From Escherichia coli (GTDB lineage: Bacteria; Pseudomonadota; Gammaproteobacteria; Enterobacterales; Enterobacteriaceae), in NCBI RefSeq assembly GCF_024700885.2, contig NZ_CP117016.1: a stretch of DNA of 64,000 nucleotides. One strand, written 5' to 3'. This document shows, piece after piece, positions 47,080-56,201 of this stretch. A program made the translations under genes and the position numbers. The notes beneath the pieces are model-generated. The model was not told the origin of the DNA. It made no database searches and was given only the letters and a program-made list of their open reading frames with translations. Every line of letters begins with the position of its first letter. Position 1 is the first letter of the stretch.

Positions 47080-47844
47080 ATGAAAATGCAGACATTACCC
47101 ATCGTGCCGTGGATTGGTGGCAAACGCCGCCTTGCAAAACACATTCTGCCGCTGTTTCCGGCGCATGAATGTTATGTGGAGCCGTTTTGTGGGGCAGCAG
47201 CGCTCTATTTTCTTAAGACACCCGGCAAGATCGAAGTCATCAATGATATCAACGGTGAACTGGTGAATCTGTACCGGGTGGTAAAGCATCACCTGGAAGA
47301 ATTTGTCCGCCAGTTCAAATGGGCGCTGGTCAGCCGTCAGATCTACAAATGGCTGCAGATCACCCCGGAAGAAACACTGACGGATATCCAGCGTGCGGCA
47401 CGGTTCTACTACCTTCAGAAGCAGGCGTTTGGCGGCAAGGTGGCAGAGCACAGCTTCGGTACCTCCACCACATCCCCGCCACGCTTCAACCTGCTACGTA
47501 TTGAAGAAGAACTGTCAGCGGCACACCTGCGGCTTTCCAGAACAGTCATAGAACACATGGACTGGCAACAGTGCATTGAGCGTTATGATCGTCCGCACAC
47601 GCTGTTCTACTGCGACCCACCGTACCTGGGTACGGAAGGCTATGGTGTGGATTTTCCTGAAGGGAACTACTCGCGGCTGGCAGAGCTGGCCCGGTGCATC
47701 AGAGGAAAAATGATAATTTCGGTGAACGACATCCCGCAGATGCGCGAGGTGTTCACTGGACTGAACATACAGACAGTGAATATCAACTACAGTCTGGCGG
47801 GTAAACCCACGCCGCGCCGTGAACTGCTAATCTGCAACTTCTGA
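47080..47844 (+). CDS. Dam-like (D12 class) N6-adenine DNA methyltransferase
   Basis: MKMQTLPIVPWIGGKRRLAKHILPLFPAHECYVEPFCGAAALYF (AdoMet motif)...LFYCDPPYLGTEGY (DPPY catalytic motif). Confidence 0.85.
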   Translation: MKMQTLPIVPWIGGKRRLAKHILPLFPAHECYVEPFCGAAALYFLKTPGKIEVINDINGELVNLYRVVKHHLEEFVRQFKWALVSRQIYKWLQITPEETLTDIQRAARFYYLQKQAFGGKVAEHSFGTSTTSPPRFNLLRIEEELSAAHLRLSRTVIEHMDWQQCIERYDRPHTLFYCDPPYLGTEGYGVDFPEGNYSRLAELARCIRGKMIISVNDIPQMREVFTGLNIQTVNINYSLAGKPTPRRELLICNF

Positions 47845-47960
47845 AACAAAACCGGAAAGCACAATGCTTTCCGGTAAACCAAACAACTTCCACTATGTCA
47901 CTGGCGATGTTTTCTGAAAGCATCCAGATCAACCACCTGTCCTTTGTGTCCGGGTCAGTA

Positions 47961-48317
47961 TCAGCCTGCGATTTTTCCTGGTTTTGGCTGAGTATAGAAT
48001 CGCCCAATCTCAAGAAATGAGCGTTGTTGGTCTGGTGTCATGTCGTCAAAAGTATCTATTAGTTTTTGTTTTTCTGGGGAAATTTGATTCTGGTTTCTAG
48101 TCATACCATCTGTGCTCATTCCAGTGAGCAACCAATTTACATCAACATTAAACTCTTGATGCATCTTTAACAGAAACTCCCCTCCAGGCATCGCCTTTCC
48201 ATTTTCAATCTGACTGATACCACCATTAGAAATACCTAAACGAGCTGCAAATTCTCTCTGGTTCAACCCTGCTTTCTTCCTCACAGAAATAACGCGCTCT
48301 CCTATATCTTTGCTCAT
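47961..48317 (-). CDS. XRE-family HTH repressor (prophage immunity repressor candidate)
   Basis: MSKDIGERVISVRKKAGLNQREFAARLGISNGGISQIENGKAMPGGEFLLKMHQEF... It is divergent from the early operon. Confidence 0.8.
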   Translation of the reverse strand: MSKDIGERVISVRKKAGLNQREFAARLGISNGGISQIENGKAMPGGEFLLKMHQEFNVDVNWLLTGMSTDGMTRNQNQISPEKQKLIDTFDDMTPDQQRSFLEIGRFYTQPKPGKIAG

Positions 48318-48340
48318 AAAAGTGAATCTCTATCTTGATA

Positions 48341-48358
48341 TGCTCATAATTATGAGCA
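48341..48358. promoter_or_regulatory. candidate operator: perfect 18-bp palindrome in the repressor/early divergent region
   Basis: TGCTCATAATTATGAGCA. A half-site, TGCTCATAA, recurs at 48311-48319, overlapping the repressor start codon. Confidence 0.6.
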
Positions 48359-48410
48359 ATAATCTAACACATATAAGGCAAACATCATTGCATCAACAAA
48401 GGAGACAACG

Positions 48411-48599
48411 ATGACTGCAGAACAAGTCAAAGCTCTCTTCCGCCAGCGCGGGATCACTTTCACCCGCTGGGCAGAAGAAAACGGCTACAACCGCAATGAG
48501 GTATACCGCGTTCTCAACGGGCAGACCAAAGCCCGTTACGGTAAATCCCATGAAATCGCCGTGAAGTTGGGACTGAAATCAACAGCTCAGGCGGCCTAA
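48411..48599 (+). CDS. Ner/Cro-like small DNA-binding protein (first early gene)
   Basis: 62 aa, ...GITFTRWAEENGYNRNEVYRVLNGQTKARYGKSHEIAVKLGL (HTH). In the position of Mu ner. Confidence 0.65.
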   Translation: MTAEQVKALFRQRGITFTRWAEENGYNRNEVYRVLNGQTKARYGKSHEIAVKLGLKSTAQAA

Positions 48600-48645
48600 A
48601 TATTTTGAGTCTTTGTAAAAGGTTATCACATATCGCAAAAGAGGT

Positions 48646-48960
48646 ATGCAGATGAGTAAGACGAATGTTTCAAGCTCCGGCAGTCGCATCCTCCGGGTAC
48701 TCAAAGCGCTGCGCGGTCATGCCCTGAACGGTATTTCTAACGGTGAACTGGCGACAGCACTGCACGAGTCACCGGCAAACATCAACCGGGCACTCAACAC
48801 CCTCATTGAAGAAGGGCTGGCTCTGAAACTGGAGAACGGACGTTTTGCACCGGGCATCCAGTTACTGCAGATCGCCATGGCCCACAGTAACGAGATGGCA
48901 CGTGCACAGGATCGTATTAACGAAATTAACCAACGTGTCATTTCAGGTAGTCGTTTGTAA
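48646..48960 (+). CDS. winged-helix (IclR/MarR N-terminal-like) DNA-binding protein
   Basis: ...ILRVLKALRGHALNGISNGELATALHESPANINRALNTLIEEGLALK... Confidence 0.5.
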   Translation: MQMSKTNVSSSGSRILRVLKALRGHALNGISNGELATALHESPANINRALNTLIEEGLALKLENGRFAPGIQLLQIAMAHSNEMARAQDRINEINQRVISGSRL

Positions 48961-48970
48961 GGAGTAATCA

Positions 48971-49891
48971 ATGGGACGTACCAAATCACCGATTAACACT
49001 GAACTGAACGCCGATGTACCGCTGTCGGATGATCTCAACGTCAGCCTGAATGCCATGACACAGCATCGCATGGAGATCATGCAGCAGTTTGGTGATGGAC
49101 TGCCTTATGAACGTGAACGCATCGTTCACGAAGCACGTTTTTATATGGCGCAGAGTGCTGAATCTATGTTGGAAGCGGGTAAGCGGCTGATCATCTTAAA
49201 AGAAAATGAACCGCATGGTGATTTCACAAATATTCTGGAAAACGACCTCGGATTAGCACCACAGGTAGCTCGTCGCATGATGCAGGCCAGCGTGAAATTT
49301 CTCGGCAATGGAGATGAACAGCCAAAACGCTCAGCGCTGAGCGTTTTGGGAAAAACCAAGTTATATGAACTGATGGTTCTGGATGACGAAGAACTCGACG
49401 CATTAGCTGATGGTGGAACCGTCGCCGGTGCAACGCTTGATGATATTGATCGCATGACCAGCCGCGAACTGAAGGCCGCCCTGCGTGAAGCGCGCGAAAC
49501 CAACGCAGCTCAGCAACAGGTGCTTGCCGGAAAGGACGAAAAAATCAACGAACTGGCCACAAAACTGGAGAAGAAATCGCGCCTGCAACCTCCGCCGCCA
49601 GACGAAGAACTGAAAAAATTGCGGGCGGAAGTGACGGCATTAGCGGTTGAGGCCGAATCGGCTATCGCCGTCCGGCTGTCCAGTGTTTTTGAGACCCTGT
49701 GTGAATACTGCACCAAAAACATGATCGATACCCCCAGAGATTTCATGGCCGGTCTGGTCTGCCAGATTGAACGCAGTGTTCATGCATTACGTGAGACGTT
49801 TGACCTTGAGGCCGCTCCATCGGGTAACGATGCCCCCGCCTGGCTGACCGAACCGGAACCTGAAATCAACCGACCGGAGGATATGCAGTAA
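48971..49891 (+). CDS. DUF3102-like early protein
   Basis: 306 aa ...FYMAQSAESMLEAGKRLIILKENEPHGDFTNILENDLGLAPQVARRMMQ... Assignment from memory of Mu-like early regions. Confidence 0.5.
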   Translation: MGRTKSPINTELNADVPLSDDLNVSLNAMTQHRMEIMQQFGDGLPYERERIVHEARFYMAQSAESMLEAGKRLIILKENEPHGDFTNILENDLGLAPQVARRMMQASVKFLGNGDEQPKRSALSVLGKTKLYELMVLDDEELDALADGGTVAGATLDDIDRMTSRELKAALREARETNAAQQQVLAGKDEKINELATKLEKKSRLQPPPPDEELKKLRAEVTALAVEAESAIAVRLSSVFETLCEYCTKNMIDTPRDFMAGLVCQIERSVHALRETFDLEAAPSGNDAPAWLTEPEPEINRPEDMQ

Positions 49892-50208
49892 TGAATACGA
49901 ATAACACACAAAATACCCTGATGGACAGCCCGGAGGCACTGGGGCACGCACTGTGTAATCTGCTGCCGGAGATGGTGCAGGGTTTCCGCGTGGTGACCCC
50001 TTCCGGTGAAATCTGCGTACCCGCACAGGAGACGCACCCGTTTGTACTGACGATGGAGGTGATGCTGATGCAGCAGATAAGACGTCTGCAGAATCAGTCA
50101 GCATTACGCCCGGTAGTTGCACCGCAACCGGTAAATACCGTGGTGAAAACCTGCGATGGCGAAACACTGTGCGACCTCGCCAGAAAAATTGCCGCCAGAA
50201 TCGGATAA
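49891..50208 (+). CDS. hypothetical early protein
   Basis: 105 aa. The ATG overlaps the preceding stop (TAATG). Confidence 0.5.
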   Translation: MNTNNTQNTLMDSPEALGHALCNLLPEMVQGFRVVTPSGEICVPAQETHPFVLTMEVMLMQQIRRLQNQSALRPVVAPQPVNTVVKTCDGETLCDLARKIAARIG

Positions 50209-50223
50209 CAGGGAAGACAAGCT

Positions 50224-51993
50224 ATGACCCCGGCACTGACTGAAAAACTGGTTGAAACAGCCCGCGCGGCACGTGACGCGGGGCATGGTAAACGCGGTGC
50301 AATATACGACGCTGCCTGTGCTGAACTTGGCATGTCCCGCGCCACTCTGCTGCGCAGGCTGAAGGAGGTATCTGTGACTGATAAACGCAAAAAACGCGCC
50401 GATGCCGGGCGCAGCGCCCTGACCCGCGACGAAGCCGCGCTGATATCTGCCACACTGCGTGAGGCCACCCGCAAGAACGGTAAGCGTCTCTATTCCATCG
50501 CAGATGCAGTGGAAACCCTGCGGGCTAACGGCTTTATCACCGCAGGCAGAACAGATGAAACCACCAGTGAGTTTTTCCCGTTGTCTGAAGATGCCATCAG
50601 CCGTGCTCTGCGTAACTATGGCCTGCACCCGGAACAACTGGATGCCCCTGCACCACATACCGAAGTGGCCAGTCTGCATCCCAATCATGTCTGGCAGATT
50701 GACGCCTCACTCTGCACGCTTTACTACCTGAGCAATGGACATAAAGGGCTGCAGGTGATGGACAGCGCGAAGTTCTACAAGAACAAGCCCGCTAACCTTG
50801 CCCGTATCGCCAGTGACCGCGTGTGGAGTTACGAGATTACCGACCATGCCAGCGGCTGGATTTACGTTGAGTATGTGACGGGCGCGGAATCAGGTGAGAA
50901 CCTGTGTTCTGTGCTTATCAACGCCATGCAGGAGCGTGGCGGCGCAGACGTGCTGCACGGCGTGCCGAAAATACTCTATCTCGACCCCGGCTCGGCAAAC
51001 ACCGCGGGTATGACGAAAAACATGTGCCGCTCACTGGGCATCGACCTGATAGCGCACAAGCCGCATAACGCCCGCGCCACCGGACAGGTGGAAAAGGCGC
51101 GTGACATTATCGAACGCAAGCTGGAGCCGGGTCTGAAGTTCCGGCCGGTTCACAGTCTGGAAGAACTCAACGCGCTGGCCGCGAAATGGCGCAGCCACTT
51201 TAACGCCACGGCTGTTCACAGCCGCCACGGTAAAACCCGCACGGATATCTGGCTGAAGATTACTGCTGAGCAGCTGAAAAAAGCGCCTTCCGTTGAGGTA
51301 TGTCGTGAACTGGCTGTGGCGGCACCAGAACTCCGCAAAGTCACGCCAAAACTTCGTGTCTCGTTCCGGGGCACTGAATTTGACGTATCAACGGTACCGG
51401 GCGTACTGGTTGGTGAAAAACTGATGATTACCCGTAACCCATGGCGCAGCGATGTGGCACAGGTGGTTCTGACCGGTGAGGACGGCCACGAGACGTTCTT
51501 CCTGGTCGAAGAGGTCAGAAAGAACGAGTTTGGCTTTGCTGAAGGCGCGGCGGTATTTGGCGAAAGTTACAAAGCCCTGCCGGAAACCCCGGCACAGATG
51601 GCGGCAAAAGAAACCGAAGCGCTGGTTACCGGTACAGACAACGCCGCAGATGCAGCCGCCGCACGCAAGGCGAAGGCGCTGCCGTTCGGCGGGCGGCTTG
51701 ACCCGTATAAACATATCGACGACACCACACTTCCGGCCTATATGCCGAAGCGTGGTCAGGCCTCTGACGTACGCGGGCCGCGCACTGAACAACGTCCCAT
51801 GACTCATGTGGAGGCCGCGAAAGCCCTGCGCGATAAGTTCAGCGCCGACGGCCTTACCTGGACGCCGGAACATTACCGCCAGTTAACGGCACAGTACCCG
51901 GACGGCGTACCGGAAGCCGCACTGGATGAAGTCATGGCCACGCTGACCACACCGGCCCGCAGCAGTGTTATCAGCATTGTTAACGGCAACTGA
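50224..51993 (+). CDS. Mu-type DDE transposase (A protein)
   Basis: 589 aa with an N-terminal HTH region. Catalytic triad context: HVWQIDAS..., ILYLDPGSANT..., ATGQVEKA... Confidence 0.9.
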   Translation: MTPALTEKLVETARAARDAGHGKRGAIYDAACAELGMSRATLLRRLKEVSVTDKRKKRADAGRSALTRDEAALISATLREATRKNGKRLYSIADAVETLRANGFITAGRTDETTSEFFPLSEDAISRALRNYGLHPEQLDAPAPHTEVASLHPNHVWQIDASLCTLYYLSNGHKGLQVMDSAKFYKNKPANLARIASDRVWSYEITDHASGWIYVEYVTGAESGENLCSVLINAMQERGGADVLHGVPKILYLDPGSANTAGMTKNMCRSLGIDLIAHKPHNARATGQVEKARDIIERKLEPGLKFRPVHSLEELNALAAKWRSHFNATAVHSRHGKTRTDIWLKITAEQLKKAPSVEVCRELAVAAPELRKVTPKLRVSFRGTEFDVSTVPGVLVGEKLMITRNPWRSDVAQVVLTGEDGHETFFLVEEVRKNEFGFAEGAAVFGESYKALPETPAQMAAKETEALVTGTDNAADAAAARKAKALPFGGRLDPYKHIDDTTLPAYMPKRGQASDVRGPRTEQRPMTHVEAAKALRDKFSADGLTWTPEHYRQLTAQYPDGVPEAALDEVMATLTTPARSSVISIVNGN

Positions 51994-52003
51994 GGAGGGA
52001 AAC

Positions 52004-53170
52004 ATGCTGGTACTGAAGCAGCAACTGAAAGAGGCCCGTATTCCACAGGCGGTGGTGGCGAGAGCTGTCGATGTTTCTGAGGCCACGCTGGCCCAGATTG
52101 TGAATCATAACGCGTGGCCCCGCACCAGCCCCGGAGAAGTGCGCCGGCGTCTTGCGTCCTGGCTGGAAAGTCAGGGGATTGATACAACGAAGAGTTTTGA
52201 TGCTGTACAGGGCGCGGCCACGCCCCGTACAGCGGGTACCACAGATAAAACGAGCCTCAGTGAGGAAGAGAATATGTTACTCAAAAAACAGGTGTTATTT
52301 CCAGCAACCAAAAAAGCGTTTGGTCTTTTCCGTGACCCGTTCGCCGACGAAGCCATGCAGGGTTCTGATGATGTGTTCACCACCCCGGATATTCGCTACG
52401 TGCGTGAGGCGTTGTACCAGACAGCCCGTCATGGTGGGTTTATGGCCGTCATCGGTGAGTCCGGTGCGGGTAAATCCACGCTGCGCCGCGACCTGACTGA
52501 ACGTATCAACCGCGAGAATGCGCCGGTAATTGTTATCGAGCCATACATCATCGCTATGGAAGACAACGATGTGAAAGGGAAAACCCTGAAGGCAGCAGCG
52601 ATTGCCGAAGCCATTATCAGTACCATCGCACCACTGGAAAGCATCAGACGCAGTCAGGACGCCCGCTTTCGCCAGTTGCATCGCGTCCTGAAAGACAGCA
52701 GCCAGGCGGGGTTCAGCCACGTTCTGGTGATTGAGGAGGCCCACAGTCTGCCCATTCCGACACTGAAACACCTCAAACGCTTTTTTGAGCTGGAGTCCGG
52801 TTTCAAAAAACTGCTGTCCATCGTGCTGATTGGCCAGCCGGAACTGGCGACAAAACTGTCTGAACGCAATATGGAAGTCCGTGAAGTCGTTCAGCGCTGT
52901 GAGGTGGTCGAACTTCTGCCTCTGGACAATAACCTTGAAGAGTTTCTGACGTTCAAACTGCAACGGGCCGGTAAACAACTGACGGACATTATGGACGCCA
53001 GCGCAGTGGATGCCATACGTGCCCGCCTGAGCAATCCGGGAAGTCATCGTAAAAATATGGTCAGCCTGCTGTATCCGCTGGCCGTCAGTAACCTGGTAAT
53101 AGCCGCCATGAATCTGGCCGCTGAAATCGGGGTTCCACAGGTCAACGCTGACGTTGTCAAAGGGGTTTAA
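52004..53170 (+). CDS. MuB-like AAA+ ATPase (transposition target/activator protein)
   Basis: SD GAGGAGGG before ATG 52004. N-terminal HTH (IPQAVVARAVDVSEATLAQIVN), Walker A GESGAGKST, Walker B VLVIEEAH. Confidence 0.85.
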   Translation: MLVLKQQLKEARIPQAVVARAVDVSEATLAQIVNHNAWPRTSPGEVRRRLASWLESQGIDTTKSFDAVQGAATPRTAGTTDKTSLSEEENMLLKKQVLFPATKKAFGLFRDPFADEAMQGSDDVFTTPDIRYVREALYQTARHGGFMAVIGESGAGKSTLRRDLTERINRENAPVIVIEPYIIAMEDNDVKGKTLKAAAIAEAIISTIAPLESIRRSQDARFRQLHRVLKDSSQAGFSHVLVIEEAHSLPIPTLKHLKRFFELESGFKKLLSIVLIGQPELATKLSERNMEVREVVQRCEVVELLPLDNNLEEFLTFKLQRAGKQLTDIMDASAVDAIRARLSNPGSHRKNMVSLLYPLAVSNLVIAAMNLAAEIGVPQVNADVVKGV

Positions 53171-53172
53171 TA

Positions 53173-53442
53173 ATGAAATCCACCACAGGTATCAACCAGC
53201 AAATCAGCAAAGTGCAGTCAGCCATTATGGCGCTTAAGGCGACGAACACGGATGTACAAAGCATCACCATCAGGGGTAACAAACCTGTCATCCGCGTTTC
53301 CCGGAGTGCGCATTGCATGCGCATGCTTGAGCAGGGAAAGGCCTGTTATCTGTATACCGGTCATGACCACAGGGGACATTTCCGTCAGGGCGTTTTCGAA
53401 CTGCACGGCTGTCGCGTCGTGTGGCCGGAATCTTTGTGGTAA
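53173..53442 (+). CDS. hypothetical early protein
   Basis: 89 aa, starting 2 nt after the B-like stop. Confidence 0.5.
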   Translation: MKSTTGINQQISKVQSAIMALKATNTDVQSITIRGNKPVIRVSRSAHCMRMLEQGKACYLYTGHDHRGHFRQGVFELHGCRVVWPESLW

Positions 53443-53469
53443 TCAGCACAACAGGAGGAGTCATAAAAT

Positions 53470-54000
53470 ATGGCAAAAAGTACAAAAGGGGCAAAACGTA
53501 TCAAAGCCGCAGCAGCACTCTGGGTGCCGGGGACACGCGAAGAGGTCATTGAGGGAATCAGACTGCTTGGTGACGCGCAACGTGAACTGGTCAGGGCTGA
53601 AACAGAAATGAATGACACCATTGGCGACATCACTGCACGTTATGCCCCGCTCACCGAGAGCCTGAAAAAACGCATGGCCGAACTGCAGTCCGGTATCCAG
53701 ACATGGTGTGAGGCGCACCGTGATGAACTGACCGGCAACGGGAAGGTGAAGTTCGCTAACCTCACCACCGGCGAGGTGCAGTGGCGAAACCGTCCGCCGT
53801 CAGTCAGCATTCGCGGGGCGGATAATGTCATTGAACTGCTGAGACGTCTGGGGCTTGAGCGCTTTATTCGTGTAAAAGAGGAAATAAATAAAGACGCTAT
53901 CCTGAATGAAAAAGAGGCCGTGAAAAATATTCCCGGTATTTCCATTAAAAGCGACATTGAGGATTTTTCAATAATTCCTTTTGAGCAGGATGTGCAGTAA
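53470..54000 (+). CDS. gam: host-nuclease inhibitor Gam
   Basis: 176 aa ...REEVIEGIRLLGDAQRELVRAETEMNDTIGDITARYAPLTESLKKRMAELQSGIQTWCEAHRDELT... is the Mu Gam pattern. Confidence 0.85.
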   Translation: MAKSTKGAKRIKAAAALWVPGTREEVIEGIRLLGDAQRELVRAETEMNDTIGDITARYAPLTESLKKRMAELQSGIQTWCEAHRDELTGNGKVKFANLTTGEVQWRNRPPSVSIRGADNVIELLRRLGLERFIRVKEEINKDAILNEKEAVKNIPGISIKSDIEDFSIIPFEQDVQ

Positions 54001-54097
54001 ACACACCACGTTAATTATTTAATAAAAACATTTTCTTTTTTATTCCGACGTCAGCGCCGCGGGCTTCTGCACGCCGGAAACAGAGGAGAATTAAATC

Positions 54098-54292
54098 ATG
54101 ATATTTAAATGTATTCAGTGCGAGAGGGATATAACAGCCCTGCGTTTTCACAGCGCCATCGCCGTGATGTCCGGTAAATACCACATCCCTGCGGTACGCG
54201 TCACCCTGGTCTGCCCGTACTGCAGCCAGCATTTTTCGGCAGACGTGCCCGTCATGGAATTCTCCCGCCCTGACAGGGAGGACTCGCAATGA
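54098..54292 (+). CDS. small zinc-ribbon protein (hypothetical)
   Basis: 64 aa, CIQC...CPYC, with SD GAGGAG upstream. Confidence 0.5.
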   Translation: MIFKCIQCERDITALRFHSAIAVMSGKYHIPAVRVTLVCPYCSQHFSADVPVMEFSRPDREDSQ

Positions 54293-54561
54293 TTACCCCA
54301 CAGGAAGCACGACAGCGCACCCGAACCCTTGTTGAACACTATGTCAACGAGTGTGAATGCCGCGACCTCACCGATGTGAAGCACGTCCTGACGGCGCTAA
54401 TCAGCATGACCGCTCAAGCCATTGTGGCGACCAACGGAAAGGCGGCTGCCCTGCAGGTACTGGTGAACACACTAACCCACACGGCAGCGCATGAGGTGCC
54501 GTACCGGATGGAAACCACTGCAGAAGGCGGCCTGCACATCACCGTCAGCCGGAAGCACTGA
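54289..54561 (+). CDS. hypothetical early protein
   Basis: 90 aa, ATGA-coupled to the upstream gene. Confidence 0.45.
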   Translation: MITPQEARQRTRTLVEHYVNECECRDLTDVKHVLTALISMTAQAIVATNGKAAALQVLVNTLTHTAAHEVPYRMETTAEGGLHITVSRKH

Positions 54562-54570
54562 GGGCGCGGC

Positions 54571-54867
54571 ATGACACGGAACACCATACTCACCCGCACC
54601 GCCCTCTACCGTCTGGCCCTGCAGCGTTTCGGGCCGGACGCACAGGCCCTGAAACTGACAGAAGAGGCCGCTGAACTGGCGGCCAGTGCTGCCCGCAATC
54701 TGAACGGACAGGGCAGCGAAAGCGACCTCGCGGCAGAGCTGGCAGACGTGGAAATCATGACAGAGCAATTGCGCCTTCAGGGGATGGACCGGCTGATTGA
54801 CTTCCACAAACAGAAAAAACTGGAACGTCTGGCTGCACGACTGGGCGTGATTTACACGAACGAGTAA
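54571..54867 (+). CDS. MazG-like nucleotide pyrophosphohydrolase (small phage type)
   Basis: 98 aa, LKLTEEAAELAASAARN...DLAAELADVEIMTEQL has the EExxE...ExxD spacing typical of MazG-family helices. Confidence 0.5.
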   Translation: MTRNTILTRTALYRLALQRFGPDAQALKLTEEAAELAASAARNLNGQGSESDLAAELADVEIMTEQLRLQGMDRLIDFHKQKKLERLAARLGVIYTNE

Positions 54868-54881
54868 CCGGGAGGCATTCA

Positions 54882-55097
54882 ATGGCTGACATACTCAGGG
54901 AAATCACCGCATGGATACTGATTCTTACTGGCCTGGCGACATGCCTCAGTGCGGGGGCAGCCCTGGCTGCCCTGCTGATGCACATAACAACACAGTGGTT
55001 ATGGGAAAAGCTTAAAGCAGCATACAGCCTGAAAGAGCTGTCCGACGCTGTCCGGGCATGGAAACGGCAGAAAAATACCGGAGATACAGAACAATGA
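54882..55097 (+). CDS. small membrane protein (hypothetical)
   Basis: 71 aa, TM helix ITAWILILTGLATCLSAGAALAALLM. Confidence 0.45.
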   Translation: MADILREITAWILILTGLATCLSAGAALAALLMHITTQWLWEKLKAAYSLKELSDAVRAWKRQKNTGDTEQ

Positions 55098-55777
55098 CAG
55101 ACCAGAATAAACACATTGAGAAACTGAAAAAGTTGCTGGCGCTGGCCGCATCCGGCAACCCGCACGAGGCCGCTCTGGCACTGTGCCGAGCCCGTAAACT
55201 GATGGATGTTCACGGCATCACACATTCCGACATTGCTATGAGTGATATTGATGAAACCATCAGTCACTACTGGCCGACAGGCAGTCTCCGTCCACCGCGC
55301 TACATGCTGGGCCTGATGAACATCATCCGCGAGGTATTTGGTGTTAACTCCATCATTCACCCCGGCACGCATCCGTCTGTGGGGTTCTACGGCAACCGGG
55401 AACGTGCGGCACTGGCTGCATACACCTGGGAAGTGCTGGCCCGTCAGCTGAAAAAGGCGCGTCAGCAGTATATCAGTGCACAGAACAAAAGAATAAAAAC
55501 CGCCACCCGCACCAGCCGTGGAGACCAGTTTGCCGAAGGCTGGGTGCTGGCCGTTATCAGTGAAATACAGTCCTTTGCCCTGACCGATGATGAGCGTGAA
55601 CTGATGCAGCAGTGGCTGGAACATAAATACCCGCAGACGCAAACCACCAGGGCGCGTAAACCGGGAAGAAGCCGCAATGGCGACGCCTCGCGCTATGCGG
55701 GGTTTCGTGAAGGGCAGAACGTCAGACTGCACCGCCCGGTCAGTGGGCAGGAACAACAGAAACTGGAGGCCAGATGA
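55094..55777 (+). CDS. DUF2786-domain protein
   Basis: MTDQNKHIEKLKKLLALAASGNPHEAALALCRARKLMDVHGITHSDI... ATGA-coupled to the preceding gene. Confidence 0.65.
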   Translation: MTDQNKHIEKLKKLLALAASGNPHEAALALCRARKLMDVHGITHSDIAMSDIDETISHYWPTGSLRPPRYMLGLMNIIREVFGVNSIIHPGTHPSVGFYGNRERAALAAYTWEVLARQLKKARQQYISAQNKRIKTATRTSRGDQFAEGWVLAVISEIQSFALTDDERELMQQWLEHKYPQTQTTRARKPGRSRNGDASRYAGFREGQNVRLHRPVSGQEQQKLEAR

Positions 55778-56004
55778 TTACGCTATCAGGTAAAAGCCGG
55801 AAATTAAAAGCCTGCCGAATATCTGCCAGATACCTTTTTGCCCGCGCCTTTTTTAAGAACGTCAGGCCGGGGATCACAATTGGTGTTATTGCCGGACGCG
55901 AACAGGTTGAAAAATACATGTCAGGTGCATGGTGGAATAACGACCCTGTCATTGCTGCCCGTAATATTCATATCGAATGGGGAGGTATTCAGAATGACTA
56001 CTGA
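55774..56004 (+). CDS. hypothetical early protein
   Basis: 76 aa, ATGA-coupled. Confidence 0.4.
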   Translation: MITLSGKSRKLKACRISARYLFARAFFKNVRPGITIGVIAGREQVEKYMSGAWWNNDPVIAARNIHIEWGGIQNDY

Positions 56005-56200
56005 AACCATTGTCTGTTTTCTTTTCTGGTATATGTACGCAGGATCATGCAGCGCAAGACTTCATCGTTCCCTGGGCTATGGCAGGCACTACGACACCGC
56101 GCATTACATCCTGTACATGACCGCCGTCATGTTGTTCTGGCCAGTCACCCTGCCAGCTGCAACCGACATTGTTGCCGACAGACTGAAAAAAAGGAGATGA
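55994..56200 (+). CDS. small membrane protein (hypothetical)
   Basis: 68 aa from ATG 55994 (GGAGG upstream), with two hydrophobic helices. The longer ORF-track version (55838) is discounted. Confidence 0.45.
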   Translation: MTTETIVCFLFWYMYAGSCSARLHRSLGYGRHYDTAHYILYMTAVMLFWPVTLPAATDIVADRLKKRR

Positions 56201-56201
56201 T

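Noticed and set aside
50104-55756. Long minus-strand ORFs in the early region (50104-50688 194 aa, 52295-53047 250 aa, 54755-55756 333 aa)
   Set aside because: They lie antisense to the transposase, the MuB-like gene and the coupled small early genes. They have no ribosome-binding sites and no recognisable motifs.
55838-55993. Longer 120-aa version of the membrane mini-protein
   Set aside because: The upstream part overlaps the 55774-56004 ORF. An internal ATG at 55994 has a GGAGG SD and starts the hydrophobic protein.
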